Source: Phycisphaerales bacterium
Lineage (GTDB): Bacteria > Planctomycetota > Phycisphaerae > Phycisphaerales > UBA1924
DNA length: 64,000 nt
Assembly (NCBI GenBank): GCA_020853975.1
Contig: JADYXW010000043.1
Coordinates: 16,045 to 80,044, forward strand
Direction of reading: 5' to 3'
Shown here: in pieces, positions 25,220 through 34,467 of the stretch
How positions within the stretch are numbered: position 1 is the stretch's first letter
Layout: each line of letters opens with the position of its first letter
Notes under the pieces: model-generated
Told to the model about the DNA's origin: nothing
Database searches by the model: none
What the model saw: only the letters and a program-made list of their open reading frames with translations
Position numbers and translations under genes: made by a program

Positions 25220-28200
25220 ATGCGAAGCGCGAAACTCGGCATGGTGGTGACGGCGGCGGCGTTGTTCGGCGCTTGCGGCTTGGCGATGGGTCAGCATGCC
25301 CACTCCGAGAGCTGCGAGCATTCGGCAATGGACTTTGGTCTGCCCCAGTTCGACGTCCGCGAGCAGGCGGACGGGAGCGTTTCCAAGGGCGTGGCGGCGT
25401 CGATGGCGGCGTACCGCGGCTCGACGCAGTGGCAGAAGAGGCAGGCCTCGGCCGACGCCCTGCGGGCGATGGTCCCCAGCGTGAAGATCGACACCGACCC
25501 TCGCTATGGGTCGCCCCAGTTCGTGCGTTCCGTGTGGCAGTTCATGACCGGGCCCACGAAGGACACGCCCCGCGACGTGGCCCGGGGCTTCGTCAATCAC
25601 TACTCGGACCTCTTCGGCATCTCCTCGGCGGACCTGGACCGCTCCCGCGTCTCGCGTGACTTTGAGACCTCCGAAGGCCTCATGCACCACCTGACGTTCC
25701 AGCAGATGATCGACGGCATCGACGTCTATGGCTGCACGCTTATCGCGAACGTGACGGGCCGGGGCGAGCTCATCACCATCGGCAGCAAGATGGTGCCCAA
25801 CCCCGCCTCGGTGGACCCATACCAACTCGACGCGCACCAGGCCCTGCGGGCCGCGGCGGCGGCGTGCGGTGTGGCGATCACCACCATGCCCGAGCCCGGC
25901 GAGGCCAGCGGCGCCAACGAGCACCGCAAGTGGGTCAACTCCGCCGATTTCGCGAACGGCTACGAGATCGAGACCAAGAAGGTGTACTTCGCCAAGAGCC
26001 GCGGAGAGGTGGTCCCCGCGTGGTGGGTGATCGTGCCCGTGAAGGGCCCCGGCAACCAGTACGAGACGATCGTGGACGCCCGCACGGGCGAGCTGCTCTT
26101 CAGGCACAACCTGACGGTGTGGGAGACCACCCAGCCCGCGACGTACCGCGTGTACCCGCTGGACTCTCCGGCGCCGTGGAGCCCCGGCCCGGCGACGCCC
26201 GACGGGGCGCAGGCACCCTTCGTCGAGAGGCAGCTCATCACGGTGCAGCCCCAGGAGATCGCCCCGTACTCGCCCAACGGCTGGATCAACGACGGCGACA
26301 ACCGCACCGTGGGCAACAACGTCGACGCGTACTCCGACGCCGCCAACGATAACACGGCCAGCGACGCGGACCGCGCCGTCGGCACGGCGGCGCCGGGGCG
26401 GGTCTTTGACTTCGTGCACGATGTCAACCAGGCTCCGGGCGGCTTCAAGGACGCCGCGGTGACGAACCTCTTTGTCGCGTGCAACAGCTACCACGATCGG
26501 CTGTTCGCCATGGGCTTCAACGAGGCCGCGGGCAACTACCAGACGCTCAACCTGTCGGGCCAGGGCGTCGGTGGTGACGCGGTGCGGGCTGAGGCGATGG
26601 ACGGCAGCGGTACCAACAACGCCAACTGGTCCAGCACGGGTGCGGACGGCAGCGCGGCCCGCACCCAGATGTACATCTTCACCGGCCCCTCCCCCCAGCG
26701 AAACGGCACGCTCGATAACGACGTGGTCTACCACGAGCTGTCGCACGGCGTCTCGATCCGCCTGCACAACGGGCTGAGCGGCAACCAGAGCCGAAGCATG
26801 GGCGAGGGCTGGGGAGACTTCTACGGCACGTGCCTCAACGCCGAGCCGACCGACGATTTCAACGGAGTTTACACCACCGGCGGCTGGGTGACCAAGCAGT
26901 TCCTTTCCGCGACCTACCTCACCAACTACTACTACGGCATCCGGCGGTTCCCATACTCCACGGACATGCTGAAGAACCCGTATACGTTCGCGGACATCGA
27001 TCCGAATCAGTACGCGATCGGGAACGTGGGGACGCCCCCCAATCCGGTGATCGGCTCGACCTCCGGCTCGGCGAACGAGGTGCACAACGCTGGCGAGGTG
27101 TGGTGCAACGCACTGCTGGAGGCCCGCGCCTCCATGGGCATCGATGAGGGCTACGCGGCCAACCAGATCATCATGCAGCTCGCGGTGGACGGGATGAAGC
27201 TCGCGCCCGACGGCACACCGGACTTCCTGGACGAGCGCGACGGCATCCTGCTCGCGGACCTCACCCGCTATGGCGGTTCGCACCAGTTCCGGCTGTGGCA
27301 GGCGTTCGCAAAGCGCGGCATGGGCGAGAATGCCCTGTCGCCCGACTCGTCGACCAACGGCATCGTCGAGTCCTTCGATCTGCCGGTCCGCGTGGACTTC
27401 TCGTTCCCCGACGGAACGCCCGAGCAGTTCGGCGCCGACGGGCCCACGTCGTTCCGTGTCCTCGCGGAGCCCTTCAACCTGACCATCAACCCCGGGCCGG
27501 GCACGCTGTTCTACTCGATCGACGGCGGGGCGTTCAACTCCTTGCCCCTGCCACAGGTCGCGTCGGGCGAGTACCTCGCGTCGATCCCGGCCTCGCCGTG
27601 CTTCTCGACGGTGAGGTTCTACCTGGCGCTGAGCACAAACGTGGGCCAGCAGACCGGGCCCCGCAATGCGCCGGTCGGCTACTTCCAGGGCCTGACTTTC
27701 TCGGGCACCACGGAGTTCGCGAACCAGACCTTCGAGACCGACCCGGGCTGGACGGTGCAGAACACGGCGGTGCCCTCCACGCTGACGGTCCTTGGCGGCT
27801 GGACGCGGATGGACCCGGAACCGACGTTTAACGGCGCGCAGCTCTTCCAGCCCGGTGATGACCACACGCCTGACCCCGGCAGCATGTGCTGGGTGACCGA
27901 CGGCCGTGCGGGCACGACCGTGGGCCAGTGGGACGTGGACAACGGGTACACCGTGCTCACGACGCCGACGATCGACCTGTCGTCGGCCCCGCTGGTGGTG
28001 GTGGAGTACTGGCGCTGGTTCGCGTCGTTCTCCGCCGGCGCCACCGGGCACCTTGATCCCTTCACGGTGGAGGTGTCGAACAACAACGGCGCCACGTGGC
28101 AGGTGGCCGACAGCGTGGCGGTGGGCTCGCCCGTGGTCTATGACTGGGTGCGTTCGCAGTTCACCATGTCCGCGGCGACCATCCCGACGAGCGCGCAGGT

Positions 28201-28489
28201 CAAGTTCCGCTTCCGGGCGGAGGACACGGGAACGGCCCAAAACTTTGTCGAAGCCGCGATCGATGACTTCAAGATCTTCCGCTACGAGTGCAGCACCGGC
28301 CCGTCGTGCGACCCGGACTACAACCAGGACGGGAACGTGGACCAGGACGACGTGCGGTATCTCGTGGGCGTGATCGCGGGCGGGCCCAACCCGACCGGGC
28401 GCGACGCGGACTTCAACCAGGACGGGAACGTGGACCAGGACGACTACGCCGCGCTGGTGAACGTGGTGGCGGGTGGCGACTGCCCCTGA
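25220..28489 (+). CDS. Secreted M36 (fungalysin) metallopeptidase with FTP/PepSY propeptide and dockerin-like tag
   Basis: Signal peptide; HHLTFQQMIDGIDVYG (FTP); YETIVDARTGE (PepSY); TVGNN; HELSHG; GEGWGDF; GIRRFPYS; VHNAGEVW. Confidence 0.92.
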   Translation: MRSAKLGMVVTAAALFGACGLAMGQHAHSESCEHSAMDFGLPQFDVREQADGSVSKGVAASMAAYRGSTQWQKRQASADALRAMVPSVKIDTDPRYGSPQFVRSVWQFMTGPTKDTPRDVARGFVNHYSDLFGISSADLDRSRVSRDFETSEGLMHHLTFQQMIDGIDVYGCTLIANVTGRGELITIGSKMVPNPASVDPYQLDAHQALRAAAAACGVAITTMPEPGEASGANEHRKWVNSADFANGYEIETKKVYFAKSRGEVVPAWWVIVPVKGPGNQYETIVDARTGELLFRHNLTVWETTQPATYRVYPLDSPAPWSPGPATPDGAQAPFVERQLITVQPQEIAPYSPNGWINDGDNRTVGNNVDAYSDAANDNTASDADRAVGTAAPGRVFDFVHDVNQAPGGFKDAAVTNLFVACNSYHDRLFAMGFNEAAGNYQTLNLSGQGVGGDAVRAEAMDGSGTNNANWSSTGADGSAARTQMYIFTGPSPQRNGTLDNDVVYHELSHGVSIRLHNGLSGNQSRSMGEGWGDFYGTCLNAEPTDDFNGVYTTGGWVTKQFLSATYLTNYYYGIRRFPYSTDMLKNPYTFADIDPNQYAIGNVGTPPNPVIGSTSGSANEVHNAGEVWCNALLEARASMGIDEGYAANQIIMQLAVDGMKLAPDGTPDFLDERDGILLADLTRYGGSHQFRLWQAFAKRGMGENALSPDSSTNGIVESFDLPVRVDFSFPDGTPEQFGADGPTSFRVLAEPFNLTINPGPGTLFYSIDGGAFNSLPLPQVASGEYLASIPASPCFSTVRFYLALSTNVGQQTGPRNAPVGYFQGLTFSGTTEFANQTFETDPGWTVQNTAVPSTLTVLGGWTRMDPEPTFNGAQLFQPGDDHTPDPGSMCWVTDGRAGTTVGQWDVDNGYTVLTTPTIDLSSAPLVVVEYWRWFASFSAGATGHLDPFTVEVSNNNGATWQVADSVAVGSPVVYDWVRSQFTMSAATIPTSAQVKFRFRAEDTGTAQNFVEAAIDDFKIFRYECSTGPSCDPDYNQDGNVDQDDVRYLVGVIAGGPNPTGRDADFNQDGNVDQDDYAALVNVVAGGDCP
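28307..28489 (+). repeat. Dockerin-like tag copy 2; contains a perfect 31-nt direct repeat (28321-28351 / 28414-28444)
   Basis: CAACCAGGACGGGAACGTGGACCAGGACGAC twice, 93 nt apart. Confidence 0.92.
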
Positions 28490-28513
28490 GGTCCGTACCC
28501 AGACGCTTTTCCC

Positions 28514-28544
28514 GGGGTCGGCGCGTAACGGCGCCGACCCCTTT
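28514..28544 (+). terminator. Rho-independent terminator between the two M36 genes
   Basis: Perfect 11-bp stem GGGGTCGGCGC/GCGCCGACCCC followed by TTT. Confidence 0.7.
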
Positions 28545-28790
28545 GCGTAGTGAAGTGTCGTGGTGATTCGCTCCGTCTCCCGGGGCGACTGTCGGCGGCC
28601 GGGTTTCGCGGGGTTGAGGAGGTTTCCAGAGGTTCGGCTCAAGCATGTCCGGTAACGAAGCGATGGAACCCGGTGTGTTCCGGGTCGGGGGTGGGACTCG
28701 CGATGTGAGCATGTGCGGTTTGTGTGACGTTTGGCTCCAGTGGGGAAATGAACTGCCGGGTCCTGTTCGCAGGGCCGGAAAGGGGAAGCG

Positions 28791-31700
28791 ATGAACGGAG
28801 AGATCAGGGGTCGTCGGGTGCTGGCGTCCGTGGTGACGGTGCTGGCGCTCGCGGCTGGAACGGCGGCGGGCGTGAGCGGGCCTCAGGGCGAGGAGGGTGT
28901 GGACCCGAAGTACGGGCTGCCGTTCTTTGACATCAAGCTCGGCCAGCAGGACATCCCCACGCAGGCGGCGCTGGCAGCGGTCGCGAACTGGAAGAAGTCC
29001 CCGGCCTATCAAGCGAAGCTGGACGACGAGGCGGCGCTGCGGGCGACCGTCCGCGACATCCGCATCGACGAGCACTGGGCGCTCGGCTCCGCGCAGTACG
29101 TCCGCTCCACCGCCTCGTTCCTCACTGGTCCCTCCAAGGCGGCACCCCGCGACGTGGTGCGTGGCTGGTTCGCGGCGCACCAGGGCCTGATGGAGCTCGA
29201 CCTCGCGGAGCTGGATTCCTTCCCCCTCACGCGCGAGTTGGACACACACGACGGGCTGATGCACCACTTCACGTGGCAGCAGCGGATCAACGGCCTGGAC
29301 CTGTACGGCGCGGAGTTGAAGGCCAGCGTCACGGGCCGGGGCGAGCTGATGAACGTCGGCAGCACGATGATCCCCACCAAGGGGCTCCCGATCCCCGCGC
29401 CGGTCCTGAGCGACCTTGACGCGGTCCGCGTCGCCGCGGCAAACGTGGGCATCGCGCTCACCGCCGAGCCGACCCCCGGCCCCGCGTCTGGCGCCGAGGA
29501 GAAGCGCACGTGGACGGCGTCCAAGGACTTCGGGAACCAGGACCCCATCGAGTCGCGGCGTGTGTACTTCGCGCGCAACCGCGGCGAGGTGGTGCCCGCG
29601 TGGTACGTCGTGATCCCCGCGCCCGGCCCCGGCAACACGTATGAGATGGTGGTGGACGCGGTGAGCGGCGAGACGCTCTATCGCTGGAACCGCCTGCACT
29701 GGGACACCACGCAGTCCATCACGATGCGGGTGTATCCGAAGGACAGCCCCGCCCCGGGCTCGCCCGGCCGCGCCCTGCCGGACGGCGGACAGTTCGCGCA
29801 CGTCGCGCGCAGCCTCATCACCGTGACTCCGGCGCAGATGTCGCCTTTCTCGCCCAACGGCTGGATCAACGACGGCGACAACCGCACGGTCGGCAACAAC
29901 GTCGACGCGTACACGGACGCGGCCAACGACAACACAGGCAGCGATGCCGACCGCGCCATCGGCACCGCTGCGCCGGGCCGCGTCTTTGATTTCACGGCGA
30001 ACATCGGCTTTGAGTCGGGCGACGCGCCGAGCGTCTACCGCGACGCCGCGATCACGCAGCTCTTCTACAACAGCAACCACTACCACGACCGCCTCTACGC
30101 CTTCGGTTTCAACGAGGCGGCCCGGAACTTCCAGACGACGAACTTCACGGGCCAGGGCGTGGGCGGCGACCCCGTCCGCGCCGAAGCCCAGGACGGCAGC
30201 GGCACCAACAACGCGAACTTCGGCACCAGCGGCACCGACGGCTCGAGCGCCCGCTGCCAGATGTACGTCTGGACCGGGCCCACGCCCGATCGCGACGGCG
30301 ACTTCGACACCGAGATCATCTACCACGAACTCTCCCACGGCCTCTCGATCCGCCTGCACGGCGGCGGGCTGACCGGAACGCAGGGCGGCGGCATGGGCGA
30401 GGGCTGGGGCGACTTCTTCGGCGCCTGCCTCAACGCCGAGCCCGCGGACGATTTCTCCGCTGTTTACGCCATGGGCGGCTACGGCACGTACCTCGGCGCC
30501 GCCGGGTATACCAACAACTACCACTACGGCATCCGGCGCTTCCCGTACTCCATCGACTTTGCCAAGAGTCCGCTCACCTACGCCGACGCTGACGTCGGCC
30601 AGTACAACGCCGACGGCGTGGCCCGCGGGCCCTTCGGCTCCGCGACCGCCAACGCGGTGCACAACCTGGGCGATATCTGGTGCAACGTGCTGCTGGGCGT
30701 GCGGCGCGAGGTCGCGCTCAGCGAGGGCTTCGCCGCCAACGACATCCTCATGCAGCTCGTCGTCGACGGCATGAAGCTCGCCCCATCGGCCCCCAACATG
30801 CTCCAGGAGCGAGACGGCATTCTGCAGGCGGACTTGACCCGCTACGGCGGGGCGCACCAGGCGGCCCTGTGGCGCGGGTTCGCACGGCGCGGCCTTGGCT
30901 TCAGCGCCTCCAGCCCAACGGGCGGCGCCACCGCCGGCATCGTCGAGGCCTTCGACACGCCCCAGCGCGTGGATATCACCTTCCCCGCCGGCACTCCCTC
31001 GCAGCTTGACCCCGGCTCTGCAAGCAGCTTCCAGGTCCGCTTCACGCCGGTGGATGTCACCGTCACCTCCGGCACGCAGCAGCTTTTCTATTCGGTGAAC
31101 GGCGGCGGGTTCACGGGCGTCGCCATGGCGCCCCTGGGCGGCGAGTTCTATCAGGCGACCATCCCCGGCCTCGCCTGCTTCGACAACGTCCGGTACTACG
31201 TGCAGACGGGTTCTTCCATCGGCAACCAGGTCAGCCCCTCGGGCGCTCCCGCGAGCACCTTCTCCGCGACCGTGCTGACCGGCACCAACGTCTTCTTCTC
31301 CGACGACATGGAGATCGACCGCGGCTGGGTCGGCGGCCAGCCCGGCGACACCGCGGCCACGGGCATCTGGGGCCGCATGGACCCGGAGGCGACCGCCGCC
31401 CAGCCGGGCGACGACGTCTCCAACCCCGGCACGATCTGCTGGGTGACCAACGGCGTCGCCGGCGCCTCTGTGGGCGCCAACGACGTGGACGGCGGGTTCA
31501 CCACCCTGCTCTCCCCGGCCCTCGCCCTCGCGGGCCAGCCCGACGCCACGATTTCCTACTGGCGCTGGTACTCCAACAACGCCGGCAGCGCGCCCAACGC
31601 GGACACCTTCCGTGTGGAGATTTCGGCGAACGGCTCCACCAACTGGGTGGCGCTCGAGACCGTCGGGCCGGTTGCCGAGTCCAGCGGCGGCTGGATCTTC

Positions 31701-32030
31701 CACGCCGCCCGTGTTGGCGACTTCGTGACGCCCACGAACACCACCCGCGTGCGCTTCATCGCCGACGACAGCGGCACGGGGTCGATCGTCGAGGCGGCGG
31801 TCGATGAGTTCCGCGTCGTGCAGCCCGTGTGCGTGCCGCCCCAGCCCTGCGATCCGGACTTCAACCAGGACGGCAACGTCGACCAGGACGATGTGAACTA
31901 TCTGATCAACGTGATCGGCGGCGGGGCGAACCCCAGCGGTGCCGACCCCGACTTCAACCAGGACGGCAACCTCGACCAGGACGACGTTTCGGCCCTCATC
32001 GACGTGGTCGCCGGCGGCGACTGCCCCTAA
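28791..32030 (+). CDS. Second secreted M36 metallopeptidase (paralog) with dockerin-like tag
   Basis: Same architecture; HELSHG, GEGWGDF, GIRRFPYS, VHNLGDIW. Confidence 0.92.
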   Translation: MNGEIRGRRVLASVVTVLALAAGTAAGVSGPQGEEGVDPKYGLPFFDIKLGQQDIPTQAALAAVANWKKSPAYQAKLDDEAALRATVRDIRIDEHWALGSAQYVRSTASFLTGPSKAAPRDVVRGWFAAHQGLMELDLAELDSFPLTRELDTHDGLMHHFTWQQRINGLDLYGAELKASVTGRGELMNVGSTMIPTKGLPIPAPVLSDLDAVRVAAANVGIALTAEPTPGPASGAEEKRTWTASKDFGNQDPIESRRVYFARNRGEVVPAWYVVIPAPGPGNTYEMVVDAVSGETLYRWNRLHWDTTQSITMRVYPKDSPAPGSPGRALPDGGQFAHVARSLITVTPAQMSPFSPNGWINDGDNRTVGNNVDAYTDAANDNTGSDADRAIGTAAPGRVFDFTANIGFESGDAPSVYRDAAITQLFYNSNHYHDRLYAFGFNEAARNFQTTNFTGQGVGGDPVRAEAQDGSGTNNANFGTSGTDGSSARCQMYVWTGPTPDRDGDFDTEIIYHELSHGLSIRLHGGGLTGTQGGGMGEGWGDFFGACLNAEPADDFSAVYAMGGYGTYLGAAGYTNNYHYGIRRFPYSIDFAKSPLTYADADVGQYNADGVARGPFGSATANAVHNLGDIWCNVLLGVRREVALSEGFAANDILMQLVVDGMKLAPSAPNMLQERDGILQADLTRYGGAHQAALWRGFARRGLGFSASSPTGGATAGIVEAFDTPQRVDITFPAGTPSQLDPGSASSFQVRFTPVDVTVTSGTQQLFYSVNGGGFTGVAMAPLGGEFYQATIPGLACFDNVRYYVQTGSSIGNQVSPSGAPASTFSATVLTGTNVFFSDDMEIDRGWVGGQPGDTAATGIWGRMDPEATAAQPGDDVSNPGTICWVTNGVAGASVGANDVDGGFTTLLSPALALAGQPDATISYWRWYSNNAGSAPNADTFRVEISANGSTNWVALETVGPVAESSGGWIFHAARVGDFVTPTNTTRVRFIADDSGTGSIVEAAVDEFRVVQPVCVPPQPCDPDFNQDGNVDQDDVNYLINVIGGGANPSGADPDFNQDGNLDQDDVSALIDVVAGGDCP
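31848..32030 (+). repeat. Dockerin-like tag copy 3
   Basis: CDPDFNQDGNVDQDD...DPDFNQDGNLDQDD...AGGDCP. Confidence 0.92.
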
Positions 32031-32124
32031 GTGATCTTCCACGCCCGGGAGGGGGGAAGCCCCTTCCGGACGCTTGCAGCACCGCTATTTCAGTCACCCG
32101 TCGCACGCCCCGAGAGGACGATTC

Positions 32125-34446
32125 ATGCGCACTTCCCTCACGCTCGCGCTGGCGCTCGCTGCCGGCACCGCCGCCGCCCAACCCGACCTTGGCTTCGACG
32201 AGTGCGGCTGCGGCAAGGCGCACATGCTCCGTCAGCTCGAGGAGCAGGGTTTCGAGATTCACGAGCAACGGCCCGCGGGATACTCCAGCCGCGAGGCATT
32301 CGCTGACACCGACCTGCTGCACACCGATCTTGATATCGAGATCGTGCCTTCGACGGACAACATCTCCGGCTCGAACGTCATGCGGGTGAAGTCGCTCTCG
32401 CCCAGCCTGACGCAGTTCACGTTCATGCTGCGGAGCAACTTCACGATCTCGTCGCTGACAGTGGACGGCACGCCCGCGACGGTCTCCGGGCCCAGCGGGA
32501 ACAGCTACGCCCGCACCGTCACGCTCCCCAGGGTGTACGGGCTGAACGAGGAGTTCACCGTTTCGATCACCTACGCGGGCACCGCGGTCTCCCGCGGGTT
32601 CGGGTCCATCACCTTCGGCACGCAGAACGGCGTGGATCTCGTGAGCACCCTCAGCGAGGCGTACTACGCGGCCACGTGGTGGCCCATCAAGGATGGCGAC
32701 GTCTTTCTCCCGGGCAACAACGGCGACAAGTTCACGCTGTCGCTCGCCGTGACGGCACCCTCGGGGCTGCGCACCGTGTCCAACGGGCTGCTTGCCCCGG
32801 GGTTCCCCCAGACGCTCAGCGGCGGGCGGAGTAAGTACAAGTGGCAATCGGGCATCCCCATCGCGCCATACCTTGTCGCGTTCTCCAGCACCAACTACAA
32901 CACATGGACGCGCACGTACTCCTACCCGCTGGAAGGGGGCGGGACGGGGAGCATGCCCGTGGAGTTCAACATCTACCCCGCGAGCGACACCGGCGGCAAC
33001 CGGGCCGCGTGGGAGAAGTGCCTCGACATGCTCGCGGCCTATCGCCCCGTCTTCGGTGAGTACCCGTTCGTTTCGGAGAAATACGGTATTTACCAGTTCT
33101 CCTTCGGGGGCGGGATGGAGCACCAGACCAACACCGGGCAGGGCACGTTCTCCGAGAGCGTGACGGCCCACGAGCTGGGGCACCAGTGGTGGGGGGACAA
33201 TGTGACCTGCAAGACGTGGAACCACATCTGGCTGAACGAGGGCTTCGCCACCTTCAGCGAGGCGGTGTGGGAGGAGCGCAAGCCGGGGTCCTCCGGGCTG
33301 CCCGCCTATCTCGCTGCGATGGTGGCGCGCAAGCCCGCGCAGGTGGGCGACAGCGTGTACGTCTATGACACGTCCAGCATGAACCGCATCTTCAGCAGCA
33401 CCTACACCTACCGCAAGGGCGGGTGGACCCTCCACCAGCTCAGGAAGCTCATGGGCGACGCGGCGTTCTTCGAGGCGCTGAACGAGTACCGCCAGGAGTT
33501 CCAGGGAGGCGCAGCGACCACCGAGGACTTCTTCAACATCGCTTCGGCGGTCGCGGGGCAGGACCTGACGTGGTTCTCGCAGCAGTGGGTGTACGGCGTG
33601 GGGGCGCCGGCGTATTCGTACGGCTGGCAGAACGTCAGCATCAACGGCCAGAACTATCTCGCGATGAGCCTCTCCCAGACGCAGGACGCGGCGTGGCCTG
33701 GGTCGCCCGCGCAGTCCGGGTACTTCCGCGCGGGCATCGACGTGCGGGTCGATACAGCGGGCGGCCCGGTGACGGTTCCCGTCCAGAACGCCGCCCGCTC
33801 CCAGTGGTACCTGCTGCCCATCCCCGCGCCCGCCACGGGTGTCACGCTCGACGAGTTTGATTGGGTGCTGAACACCGAGAAGACGGCGGGTTCCTATCAG
33901 AACGGGCCGCCCAAGGTGGTCGCGGTGAGCCCCGCGCCCGGGACGGCTGGCCCAGCGGCGCCGAGCACGGTCACGGTCACATTCAGCGAGCCCGTCACGG
34001 TGCCGGGTGGCTCGGTGACTCTGACGGGTCCAGGGGGCTCCGTCGCGGGCAGCGCCTCGTACGATGCGCCGACGCGGACCGTGACCTTCACCCCCGCCTC
34101 CGGGCTTGGTCCTGGGGCGTACACGCTCTCCGTGGGCTCGACGGTCACTTCGTCCGCGGCGGGCCTTCCGCTCGATGGCGAGTTCGCGGGCGTGCTCCCC
34201 TCGGGTGATGGCTTGCCGGGGGGCGTGGCGTCCTTCGGGTTTGTGGTCGAGCCCGCGACGGGCTGTGATCCGGACGTGAACCAGGACGGCAACGTCGATC
34301 AGGACGACGTGTCGTACCTCATCAACGTCGTGGGTGGGGGCGAAAACCCGACCGCGATCGACCCGGACTTCAACCAGGACGGCAACGTGGACCAGGACGA
34401 TGTCGCGGCGCTGATCAACGTCGTGGCCGGGGGCGCCTGCCCCTGA
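32125..34446 (+). CDS. Secreted M1-family aminopeptidase with Ig-like (Big_5/SbsA-like) domain and dockerin-like tag
   Basis: GGMEH; HELGHQWWG..(18)..WLNEGFA; TYRKG; PKVVAVSP...VTFSEPV; GAGGA RBS before ATG 32125. Confidence 0.92.
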   Translation: MRTSLTLALALAAGTAAAQPDLGFDECGCGKAHMLRQLEEQGFEIHEQRPAGYSSREAFADTDLLHTDLDIEIVPSTDNISGSNVMRVKSLSPSLTQFTFMLRSNFTISSLTVDGTPATVSGPSGNSYARTVTLPRVYGLNEEFTVSITYAGTAVSRGFGSITFGTQNGVDLVSTLSEAYYAATWWPIKDGDVFLPGNNGDKFTLSLAVTAPSGLRTVSNGLLAPGFPQTLSGGRSKYKWQSGIPIAPYLVAFSSTNYNTWTRTYSYPLEGGGTGSMPVEFNIYPASDTGGNRAAWEKCLDMLAAYRPVFGEYPFVSEKYGIYQFSFGGGMEHQTNTGQGTFSESVTAHELGHQWWGDNVTCKTWNHIWLNEGFATFSEAVWEERKPGSSGLPAYLAAMVARKPAQVGDSVYVYDTSSMNRIFSSTYTYRKGGWTLHQLRKLMGDAAFFEALNEYRQEFQGGAATTEDFFNIASAVAGQDLTWFSQQWVYGVGAPAYSYGWQNVSINGQNYLAMSLSQTQDAAWPGSPAQSGYFRAGIDVRVDTAGGPVTVPVQNAARSQWYLLPIPAPATGVTLDEFDWVLNTEKTAGSYQNGPPKVVAVSPAPGTAGPAAPSTVTVTFSEPVTVPGGSVTLTGPGGSVAGSASYDAPTRTVTFTPASGLGPGAYTLSVGSTVTSSAAGLPLDGEFAGVLPSGDGLPGGVASFGFVVEPATGCDPDVNQDGNVDQDDVSYLINVVGGGENPTAIDPDFNQDGNVDQDDVAALINVVAGGACP
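34264..34446 (+). repeat. Dockerin-like tag copy 4
   Basis: CDPDVNQDGNVDQDD...DPDFNQDGNVDQDD...AGGACP. Confidence 0.92.
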
Positions 34447-34467
34447 GGCTGATCTCTTGAGGCCGGA

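Noticed and set aside
28560-28790. 230-nt gap before the second M36 gene as a possible ncRNA or riboswitch
   Set aside because: Only a short ACCCGG/CCGGGT hairpin; no RNase P, tmRNA, 6S or riboswitch signature recognised.
26270-29993. Near-identical 144-nt blocks in the two M36 genes (26270-26413 vs 29850-29993), suggesting gene conversion
   Set aside because: Beyond the first 38 identical nt most third positions differ while the amino acids stay the same, which fits purifying selection rather than recent conversion.
24846-34446. Recurring AACCAGGACGG.AACGT.GACCAGGACGA repeats as a possible CRISPR or REP array
   Set aside because: All copies are in-frame coding sequence for the dockerin-like loops; there is no spacer periodicity and no cas gene.
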